Below, one piece after another: positions 13,101 to 25,100 of a DNA stretch of 64,000 bases. Position 1 is the stretch's first letter. Each line of letters begins with the position of its first letter. The translations under genes and the position numbers were made by a program. The notes beneath the pieces were generated by a model that did no database searches, was not told the origin of the DNA, and saw nothing but the letters and a program-made list of their open reading frames with translations. The stretch is from Ascidiella aspersa (lineage: Eukaryota): positions 32,736,001-32,800,000 of the forward strand of contig OZ004608.1 in assembly GCA_963924565.1 (NCBI GenBank). Direction: 5' to 3'.

Positions 13101-16100
13101 TGATTTTAAAGCAGTATTGCCCTGTTTCAACCAGACCTATAGATAAATGTTGCTATGTTTTACCAAACTTGAAATACTGGTTGCCTAATGTCACCCAAAG
13201 CTACATAAACTTAAACAATGTTATGTCAGTTTAATGATTTTTCTCACTGATACGCAATTCCACAAAATACAATCTCAAAAAAAATACGTTAACTAAAAAA
13301 ATTAAAATTAAACCGTTGAACCAACAAACAAACCTCAATAGAAAGCGTGTCCTTATTGAACTTTGCAATCTCAATCAACCCTCCGCCATTCTCGCCGTAA
13401 ACTGCCCACAGTCCCTGTTCGTCGGCTTCCAACTTGATTTGCGCCATGCTGCCGTGCATTGAGGAACCGGGCTGGTGTGCAAAGCCCGGGACAGCACCTT
13501 CGCGGATCCGGAGACGGGCCAGCATGCTGTACTTGACGATGTGGCGGCTGTTAGCCTGTGTAGGATAAATGAGAATGTTTAGGGTGGCTTGGGGTTTAAG
13601 TAGCGGTATTGGGAATGTCTGAAATCAAAGTTTTGACTTGGAAGCATGTAGGAACAAAATAAGTTATTATTTTGATATGACAAGACAAGGTTCTTTTTTA
13701 AATGACTAGACGAGTTACTGTTTTAAAATGTTAAGGCCAGTAACTCTGTAAAATGACAAAACTAGGTGCTGTTTATATGACAAGACTGATAGTTTTAAAT
13801 TACAAAACCAGTATAGGGTCTGTTTGTAAGAATCTTCGTGGCCCCGTTACTGAAACTCTAACCCTTGACCTCTTGTTTCTCAAATTACTGTTTTTTTTTT
13901 ATTTGTTAAATTGTTGCAATGAAGTTTTACAAATCTAAAACGACAGTAGAATCAGTGAAAAAAACATAGCTCAGCTTGAACTTCGTCTGAAGTGCGAAAA
14001 AAGCCAGAAAATGCCAAATAAACACGCCGGTGACGCGACTTGTTTTACTGGGACTATACTCGACATCTAACTACATAGACTGAAAACTGACTGAACGTTT
14101 TAGTTTGTTGAGAAATGCAGTTGCACTTTAACGCTATTCTCTCAAGACCAGTTCATACGTCGCAAAAGGCACGCGCGTGTGAAATAGACCACGAGCAAAT
14201 ATAATTCGCAGCGCGGTAGCAATTTGCTGCAAGGTATAGCTTGGTTTCGTGTGGGTTCAAGTGCGTAGGGGGTCCGGCCGTTTAACCCCTAAAAACCTAA
14301 CAAGTTGCACGTGCTTAGTTTGCAAAAGAGCCACAGGAATACAGGACCTTAGGTCAAAATACCTGTCATCGCGCGGAATTTGGGAATAGCTTGTGGTGGG
14401 GTAAGGCGGCCTCCGTCGTCGCCAAAAGGCACTTAGCAAGGCCGTGAAAGCTATTTTGCGTGCTTTGTTTGGCCACACCACGCGAAGACACTTTCTAGAG
14501 GTGCGCTAATGCACCGGCGTATTTATGCAGGTTGTTGATATTCAGGTGGGCGAATTTCGAAAGCAGCGAACTTTCTTTGTTTAGTATACGCCAAAGAATT
14601 TATTTTTTCACATGTTTTTTTTCACGTCTTTTCACCATTTTTTTACAACGCTGGTGTGAAAAGAAGAGATACAGTCGGTTTTAGGTGGCCGCGTAAAGTT
14701 GAAAAGGGTTTAAAATGTCGAAGGTTGAGGACTAAAGTTCGCTCAAAGTGTAAGTGCGGTTTAACGCCCTTGCCCCTGAATTCGGAAAAGACCACCTATA
14801 CTGAAAGTGATGCCTTCATTACTGCACTTATTGCTGCACACTATTAATCTTGAAAGGCTTTCAGAACAACTCGACAATAAGACATTTCTGACAAGGTGTT
14901 AACAAACATAACACACATTTAGGCCTAGAAAAAGCTGACTTTTTCGTGTATATTTGACAGCTAAGGTCTTAGATCGTATCAAATCAAGTTAGAAGGAAAT
15001 GTGAACAAATTACATATTGAAGCATTACAGTATATAGAACCTACATGTTTGCAATAAAATCGAAGAACTATGGCAAGTAATTTTGACATCAAAATTCCAC
15101 TTACTTAGACTTAACTTCGTAGTATTAACAAGTAACAACCAAGAAATAACAATGCCAAACCAAAATAGTACAGCAGGGACCTTTGGTCGAATATATAAAT
15201 TGCTCACCTTTATGTAAAAGATGTTTCCGTCGTAGATTACGTAACTAGTTCCCGAAATGCGAAAGGGCAGGTCGTATACGCTGGCGTCTTCTCCTTGCAA
15301 AAACTGTTCGGTGTTGTCGTACTCCTGGAAGGTCAGAAAACAAATTGGCTTACAAACACGGAGTTTAACACAAACACTTTGCAGATATCAGCTTTTTTTC
15401 TCCACCAAAATAGAAAACTAAAGTAAAAAAAAACGATTACAATTGAATACGCTACAAAAAGGGGAATATCGCTTTGTAATTACAGCAAAGTTCGTTAAAA
15501 ATCGTTAAGTTTTTTAATCAAAATTAAACCTAATCTTATATTGCGATTCTAATTAAAATTTTAAACTAAACTCACTCCGTAATATTTAATTTGTACCAAA
15601 AAACACAATTACACGTGAATTTACCTTAATCATGTGTCCTCATAATCCTTAAAACGTAACTGTAATCTACTGATTCGTGTTACAAACACGAAAAAAAAAT
15701 TTCAGAGAAAACACTAAACAATGACAAAAAACCAAAAATTTAAAAATATCCACTAAAGCGTGACTGACCTGTATCGTCCTAGAATCGCTGGGTATGAAGA
15801 ACACGTGACCGGGGTTATAGATGGGGTCTTTGGACCAGGACCCAGCCTGGGGTCGCATCGAAGTGGAAAGACTAACGTTGCTACCGATTCCGGAAAGTGT
15901 CCCAGGACAACCGAACACTAGAAAAAAAGAAGTTACCTTGAAATTGTGCAGACTTAAATAAAGAATAGCACTGTATACTATAGTTGGTAGAGGGTGGTTG
16001 GTTGTTCATGTTGGGTTTGCAGATGAAATATGTGTTTCAATTTTAATCGATAATTTAAGATGAAATGCGTGATTTGATAAAGGTTTCAGTTGTAGCCGGT

Positions 16101-19100
16101 ATTGAAAACGCTTTACTTTTGACAACAAATTACAATTTTTTTTAAAAATCGGTAATTGGAGTGATTTTATAATAATTATCGTCCAGTAAAACTAATAGTT
16201 TGTTTCCGAAAATAAAATAGTGTAAAAAATAGATTTTTATTTTAGTTCAAACGTATACGATCTTATGTAAACTTCTGAGGTAGCGAAAGGTCATTGCAAT
16301 TTGGTTACAAAACCGCGGCGTAATTGCGCGCCAAGTATTATTCTGTAAGCTGCGATCTTACAAAATAATACTTACAAACTTTAAACATTATCACGATTAA
16401 CGATTAAATTACCGGTGCACACAAGTTGAACCGAATAGGTTTCATATCAAACGCTTATAAAAACAAAAGCTGCGGACATGTCGCATTTGGCCTCAAGCAA
16501 AGCCGAGCAATGTTCAAGACAATTTGCCCAGATCAATGTCGAAGGCGTAATACAAGGTTTTGGCAATTAAGCAGTCGGACTAATGAAGACGAACGAGTTA
16601 ATTAATTGCACTTGCACAGGAAGATCAATTGTAATCCCGGCACAACACAACTGGCTACAGCACGAGGGGGAGGGGGCATTGGTGGTTCTACCAGAGTTGG
16701 GCAAATTAGAAAGAGTCTGTAAAGGTTTGTGGTGTTTTGCAATATTAGGACATTTACCTTAAAAACGCTTTGGCGTTGATTTCAATTTAACGCTATCACC
16801 AGTTGTATAGGTTAAGTACCCTTTTATCAGTTTTTTTTAGTAAATTAAAAAAAATTAAATGATTTTTGTCTCAAAAATTTTTAAAGCGATAAATTTTAAA
16901 CAATTCGGAAAGTAAATTTACGGCTATCATCATTAGCATACAAATGGGTTCTTGGGGTTGTACCAGAGTTGGGCAAATTAGAAACAGTCTGTAAAGGTTT
17001 CTGGTGTTTTGCAATTCGTGATATTTACCTCATGAGAAACGCTTTGGCAATGATTTTAATTTAACGATGTAATGATACGTGGTTTAGCGCTGAAACCAGC
17101 ACCTTTAACAAATTGTATAGAGGTTGCCAACCTTTTTATCAATTTATTTTTAATTAAAATTAAATTCATTAATTTTCTTATGATAAGTTGTAAAACGATT
17201 TATTTGTTCTAGTTTCCTAAGTTCGAAAGGTTATACGTCTAAAAATAATTATTATAATATACAATGACTGATAAAACGCAATTAAACAACCCAAAAACTC
17301 AGGGAAAAAACTCTATTATAATTGTTGGCTGTGCAATAATCATTGGGTCCAATTTATTGTTAAATCTAGGTCCAATTTATTGTTAAATCTTTCACAGAAG
17401 CCAGAAGAATTTCAAAAAACGGTACGAAATAAAATTTGACCTATATAAAAAAAATCATAAATTTCTACGGGCACGCGTTGCTTCCAACGATGATTGCCGG
17501 GTAAATCGTCGGAAAACAAAAATTACACGCGTCTTATCGTAACAAGCGTTGAACTGCAGAAAGTAATAAGCGGCTCGTAAAGTTATCCAAGGTGGCAATT
17601 TGCCGACTAACGTCTTATACTGGCGACCCGCATTCGAGTGCTGGCTCTAATTGTCGGTTAGGAACGCTATTAGCCGCTTCCGCAAGACGAAACTGGCCAG
17701 TTTATTGGGCCGGTTCTATAGAAGCCGGCTCCATATGTTGTTCTGACCAATTTTTGTCGGAATCGGTCGTTAATATACAACAGCGGAATAAAAATGCCAC
17801 CAAGGGTTAAAAGAGGTCGCTTTTTTACGCCAGGTTGGTCTATAAGACATATACGAAGTAAACGGGTCAAAAAAGCGCAGTTTTTTAAATAGAGCTTTTT
17901 TGAGCTTAGCATATTAGTTGCGTGCGCAAGACAAAACTATACATTTTTCTCGGTCAATTTTAAAATTTTTGCAAAGTTACGCCAATTTTCGTTCGTTCCA
18001 CTACTACTACGGAAAGTACGACAGCGGTATAAAAATGTCAATACGATAGACAGAAGGCAATACATGTCTCCCAGCTTCTGAATTTTGACTTTGAATGCAA
18101 ATTGATCCTAAGGGTTGGTAAAAGGGTGGGGCGTTTAATAAACAGCCCTTTTCAGAGTCGGCCTACAAACGAGCATAGAAAAGGTCGCGTAGTGGTCGGC
18201 CCCGGTTGTAAAACTAAAAATAAAAGAGACTGGCTATTTTTTCTCGAGTGGCCCATGGCGCGCCTGCTCGTAAAGTCAGGCGTCAGAGTCCACAATTAAT
18301 AAATTTTACGAGGCCGACACGGTGGCACTTAATGCACGGCGTCCCCTTGGAAGTTTATTTGCTCAACCGGCCAAGCCCGTCACTTAATTCGTGCGGCTGG
18401 CGAGCTCGTAAAATGCGCGAACGCTCGTTCCTGTTTTCGACGCCCGAAAGACGCGAATCTCTGTAACATTTTTTGTTTCCACTTGTACAATGCAATTGTT
18501 TACTACTGGTCTCTTGCGAACCACGCGTTGAATGTTTGAATTGTTCTGACAGTTAAGGTATTGTATTATGCTTCATGTATTTACATATAAATCTCATTTT
18601 GTTTATCCATCACACGCTTTTCAGGGTTGGTATGTCCGATAATTTCGGATCGGGCAAAATACCCCGATACCAAGTGGTATCGGTACTCGTCCAACACTGG
18701 GCTGGCATAGGTGCTGAACACGTACCAAACTAATTAAGCAATGAAATGGGATACAACGCAACCACTTCTATCTTGAAATGGAAATTGTTTAGACAATAGT
18801 GAATGAATAGTAGAGAGTATAACATTGCTTTTTTCGTCTATAGCGAATTGTGCCTTAACTTGAAAACGTTACACTTGTACATCTTAATTTTAATTTGTAA
18901 GCATTTTCTCTTTTCTGGTTCGTATTTTGCAAACGGTACACCAGTGAAGATGCAATTATACGTAAAGTCCCGAACTCAGGGCCTATGGAGCCCTTGCGGT
19001 CAATTGAGAGGACGCGGGACGTTAATTAGTTTCCGTTGTGCTGAATGTCATGTAAATTATGCTGCGACAAGCCCCGGGTATGCGTCACAGTGTTAGCAAA

Positions 19101-22100
19101 ACATGGTCAAATATGGCTCGCTACACTGGTTTATACAAGGGATGTGTATATATTAAGCCCGGTTTGACTGGAAACGCAAAATGCGGTTTTGTAACTTCCT
19201 TCTTTAACGATCACACAAAAGGCTTGAGCAGTATATTTATGTATAGACCTTATGGAATGCCGTCTATTAATTGCACAAAAAGAAAGTTGCTGGCCAAAAT
19301 AAGCAAATTTTAACCTCCGTTATTAATAGCGCAATAATAATAAAATATTGTATCGTTTCAGTTCTTTCTACACAATTTCCAAAAAAAGTGTTGAAATTGT
19401 CAAAACATTGTTGAAATTCAAGAAACTAAAAAAATCGTCAAAAGTCCTAAATGGAGTGTGCATGAAACCTATAAGGAAACCCTCCACTACTTTGTTGCAT
19501 ATAGAACACGGGCAAAAGAAAATCTTGTGGGTAAGCAACGCACATATCACATAGGCAAAATTTACATTAAGATAACACACAAAAAACACAGTACAGCAAA
19601 TCGACTCTTACTGTATTTGACGCAGTTGAAGGTGACGTGAAGGTACTTGTAGGTGCCAGGGCACGGGTTGGGGTTAAAATGCTGGTCGGAAACCGTCACT
19701 TTACAGGTCGTCTTGTTGTTGCACCTAAACAGAGGAAAGAAAAAAACAGTCAGATCGACATTACGTTCAACTTTTTGTATAGGTCAAACGTTTTATACTA
19801 AACCTTGTAATGTCTATTTTCCAGTGATGTTGGTGACTTATGACTTAATTTGACTTTTCGTGATAAGATATAACACAATAGTGTAATATACAATAGGCCT
19901 CCTTCTTCTGTCATTGTCATACCCAACGATATTTTAACTAGCGAACATCGAACACTTAACCTACGAAGAGTCACTGACAATAAAATAAAAAAGCGGGCAG
20001 GAAGAATTTATTGTTTCCTCCTGTGCGAGCTTTGAACTTCGCAAACAAAACGCTTTCCTGGTTAAGGAATATGCCAAGTGGAATTCGCGGGGACGGATTG
20101 CGTGGGATTTAAACTCGAATTGAAACCGACTGATGTATCAGCGCCTCTCGTTTTGCATTCAAAAGCCTATTATGGAGGTTTTGACGGGCGCTTGGCAAAT
20201 CGGTTTCCACCAGTCCCATTGGCGTTTCGACGCGAGATGCAACGACCTTTCTATACTTGTATGCCGGGAAATTACACGCTATTTTCGGGAATCGCACGCG
20301 AAATTTGGCTTTTATAGGGTATTTATTGTAGCTGACAATGAACAAATATAGTTTTTTCTACAAAAAAGGAAGTAATATGCAGTGCAAAGCACAACCTTTA
20401 CAGCTACACCTATTTTGCTGTAAAGCTCAGTAGTTGTGTTGCGTTTAAACAGAAATGAATCTCGACCAACTAAATGTGTTATTTGTCTATTTCAAGGGTA
20501 AATCGAGCCATTTTCTTACAACGCAGACGCGTGATCTATAGGGGGTGAAAAGGTCACAAAATCAAGGTATTTTAATTCGCAATAAAACCCGAGCCTCTAC
20601 AAAGAAAAGTGGGTTAACGTGTCCACTGTTTGCGCTGACCGTTACGGCCGAAAAGCCAATCTCTTAAACAGCGGTGTTAGTTACAGACGCCAGCATTTGG
20701 AAAACCGCCTGTGTGGCAATACGTGACACTAACAGCGGGCCCCAATAGGCCTAATAGCCGGTCGGGGGGACATTAAACTGTCCAAAGCCTGGCTGGGTAA
20801 CCGAACACAAAGAAACCTAATGTGGGGGCGCAAACAAAACGGACCCGCGGAAAATTGGCGCGCGTCCAAACAAATTTACCCAAAATGGGGGTTAGGGGGT
20901 CCCAAATCGCCCCCGTTCGATAACAGGTGCCGTCAACGGGTGCTTTCTTGTGGCAGCCACGCTGACTGAACTAACGGCTCGACGGCCAAAACAGGAATGT
21001 CGGGCGTTTTTTTAGTTTTTTTTTTTTTTTTTTTTTTGGATGGCGAAATATCTCTCGACAAATCGATGGGCGCTTAACGTCTTTAAAAGGATTTTTTTGG
21101 CTTTGCTCGCTGTCGATAGGAATTTCTTCGCACGGGGCAAGATTACAGGTTTTGAAGATTTAACATTATTTATAGGCGTTTTTTTTGAAGCGATTTGTAA
21201 ATTTAAATTTTGTATCAAAAATTAGCTAAAAATAAGTTAGGGCTGCTATTCTTGTATTAGAAAAGCGTCAACACCAGTTTTACTGCAAAAATTGCATTTC
21301 ACTTTAAAAGTTCCAATTTTTAAATAAAAAAATAACCGTTTAAAGTCAAAATAACTTTTGGGTAAAAATAAATTTAACTGTTCATGTTGAAAGTTAAACA
21401 GCTTTACTCAGACGTTGCGTCCCGAAATAAAACACTCAGAAATATTCCATTTGCGTGCGCACTTCGGCGGTACGTTTTGATCGGGCGATGCCCCCCTGCC
21501 CCCACTTCACCCCCATGGGTGAGAGGGGGTGGTTATGTCCGAGCATACCCCCTTGCACTGACCCATGGGACATCAGCGCCCTGACCCGTGCACCCCTGGG
21601 GAGCCGTTCTGTTGTCTTAAGTCCGCTTAGGGGGCGACAGGCTTAGGCAGAAAAAAACGGGGAATATAAACGGGGGCTAAAAAGTGGGGTGTGAATTGAA
21701 GGCCCCTGTCAGGTTGGGGACTCGAGTTTCTGGGCGACTTTGGGAACGTCAAGGTTGTTTACTTTGGCCATTTGGGCGATTTTATCGCATAAGTCCAGCG
21801 TGCTATAAGCTATTGGAATATTTAACTATAACTCGTTCTTTATTGTCTGGCTAATTACAGGTTTCCTGCCAAGCCGAGTGGGCATAGTCTGGTGCATTTT
21901 GGGACCCTTGCCCTGGGGCTGTTATCCGGGGCAAGGGCCCCAAGGCACGGACGGTCCGCGAGGTTGGCGCCACGCGAAAAGCAAACAGAAACAACCATGG
22001 GCTTCTGCGTTCTTAAATTAGGACTTAAGGGCTTCACGTAAGGAACGGTGCTGATTGCAGTTTATGGCTTTAGGTTTTTTTGACGGCTTTAAGTATGATT

Positions 22101-25100
22101 TTTACTGCTTCAAATTTGAAAATTTCTGCTTTAAGTTCGTTATGTTAAGAAAACTGGGTATCTAGATGCAGTAAATAATCCTAAATGTGCATTTTTGTGT
22201 TATAATCACGATATTGAGTATTTAGATACAATAATAAATCCTTGATGTGCCTATTATGTGCTAAAGGCGTTTTTAAAAACAGGCCAACATTATTTGCATC
22301 ACTCGCCATTAAGCAACTCTAAAGTTATGTTTTGTTTTTTTTAATAACATTTACCTTGTGCTGCATAATTTTAAATTCTTAAAACACTAATTTTAAATTC
22401 TTAAAAAAGAGCGTCACACGAAATGCAGCCAACTAGAAAGCGCGGCACATTTTCCGGTGAACTTTAAAAGGCGAGAGTGTCAAAACTTTACATCTGGCTG
22501 CACCAAGTAAAATTAATTAAAGTGGGGACAGTTCCGGTTACGCTTCGTTGCGCGCCAATTAAATTGCCGAGTGACGGCGCGTCCAAGCGTCACGTGACCG
22601 AAGAGTTTAATCAGTTTTGCATCGACGCGCGTGAACGGATCCTAGGAACGCAATATACACGTTTGGGGAAGGGCATTTTAAAATAGGCCATGTTTTCAAG
22701 AAGGAGGACTTTTTTTGAAGGCTTTTTGAGAACTAGACACTTTTATGCAAGTTTTACTTAAACAGTTTCCGTATTTTGAATCTTTCATTTTTCCAAGTCG
22801 AAATCTGGAAAACAGGTTGAATTGTTCTTTGTTTCAATGTGACATAATAACGTGATATAATGAAGACGGTTGTGCAAAAGCTTGTCGACATTAAAAAAAC
22901 AATTCATCGTTGAACAGTGCCACCTGATTTCCTGATTTAGTATTTTGAAGTAACTTATTAAATGACAAAAGTATGTGAGGAGGTGTTAATTAAGACCAAG
23001 GAAATTTACATAAAACCGCCCAAACAAATGTTGTTTACAAATCCAGTTAACAGCAAACAGCTACTGTTTGGGTTACCAGCCTCTATTTGCATTAAGTGCA
23101 ATTTGGCTATTAATTGAAATGCAAGACGAAATGCCCTATTTCGAAACTTTGTTATGTTAAAGTAAACCATTAATGATTTGTATTAAATGTAAAATAACGG
23201 CAGCTATGTGGTATGTTTTACTGGTTGCTGTTTTCGGTAACGGAGCATCAAATTACCCTGCAAAGGCAGGCAATCCCGGATGTTTACAAAGAGTCGCTTT
23301 ACATAAGTGTCAGTCAAACGTCGTTCCTAACCGATTACGGCTTAACCGAAAATTTGGGAGAAAAAACAAAGGCTCAAAAAGCCTTGGATCGTCTTGAACG
23401 ACGGATATATAGTTTCAGTAGAAACAAACTAGATAGGATTAGATAGCCATAAAGAACTAAAAAAAAACCATAGGGGTACAGGCTCATAAACCTAATATTC
23501 GCAACTCCATACCAATCTAAGTCATGTCTGAAATTTTGTAAATTGTACGATGCATATTTTGGCTATAAAGCTGCGGAAAATAAATCGGTCAACTCTAAAA
23601 CATTCCAAAGCAAACCAAAAACGAATAGCGACAAAAATAAGATATGTCCGGAAAATAAATTGTCGGCCCATATAAAAACCGGGACGGCCGGATTGCATTA
23701 GCATAGCGACGCAACACGCACACAAAAAAGAAAACGACCGTCTTAAAAACTTAAAGACCCGAATAACAGCAGCAGCAACGGCGGCCCAGAGCGAGCAGAC
23801 GGCTTATCGTATCTCTGCCCCAAATCGCAGCACTCATCTCGTATCGCGCTCAGCGGGGATTTATTACAAGCTTGGTCGGGCGTGTAGCAAGCCTCACAGC
23901 AGTGTACCAAGCCGAGAGATCTGTTGCTTCTGCTGCTGCTGTGCCGCTTTGGTTTCGTTGGCCCTCCGCCGCCGCGGATTAACGGGTCACGGCGTCAAGG
24001 TCGCGAAAGGTTGCGGTGTTTGTTAACGAGCGAATTGTTGGGATTTTGGGAAATTGAAAGAAAATGGGAACAAAATGAACGCTTCAAAATGTCGATGTGG
24101 GCATCTGACATTGGGGCAAAATACACACTACAAATATTACAATGTTGGGCTTATTTGTCACTTGGTAAATGGCTAGTTTGGAGGACATTATTACACGCTG
24201 TTAAAGAAAACTATTTTTGGAATAATGAAAAAACAAAAAATACGCACAAGGGAAAAAGTCAAGATTTTAAAAGTTGTAAAATTCGCGTATTTTTCACGTG
24301 CCTGAAAACCAGAGCTTATAGCGCTGTGCAAAACAGTCCTAAAATTTTCGTCTTTACAGTTCAGAGACCAAAATTACCTAACGCGGCATACTTAATTTTT
24401 ACCGCATGGCACACTCTACCCAAATACCGAGGCTTGGCTGAACAGCTCATTTAATTATAGCATGCGTGCGTGTGGTGTGTGTGTGTGGCTATATTTCCCC
24501 GAAAATACATCGCCGAAAAAAGGGCGCATGTCTGATGTACGGGCGGTTATGTTTAGCCTTGACACACACACACATCAACAACCAAAAAATTGGCCTAGAG
24601 GATCACAATAAACGGATCGATCACATCTGATAAACAACTTGTCAGCGGGTGGATTTCAGGTGGACACGTTTTGGCGGCGAGCGGCCATTTCCCTGCTTGG
24701 GCCGAAAACACGAGCGACAATCCCTGGCTACAAACAGAACACGGCTGAGGCTATGGGCCCGAAATGAGAGTTCTGACTGGTCGGTTTACATCATCGCCTT
24801 AAACAAGGCTATAATGTCTATAGTTCATTGGTTAGATCGCTTGAAATGACACTTTTTACAACTGTAAAGCGTTTTAGGCGGAGAGGTAACGGTTTTGATA
24901 TCGGAAGAGGTATACAAAGGGTTGGAATATGGCCATTTCATGTAAAAACAGTCTAAGTGGTGGAAAGGGCATACAGGCATGGCTAAAAATGAGCCTGGTA
25001 CATGTTTGTTTTTAGTCGAACGGACAAAAAGCTAAAATGTGTCTTAAAAGAGCGATTGGTGCATCTAAAAGTACCCAGGGATTTTGAAATTTACAAAAAC

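Noticed and set aside
15937-15952. Microexon immediately upstream of exon 5
   Set aside because: 16 nt would shift the frame and leave an intron of only 19 nt.
23924-24454. 176-aa plus-strand ORF
   Set aside because: Non-ATG start, antisense within an intron, crosses from a GC island into an AT spacer, no recognisable motif.
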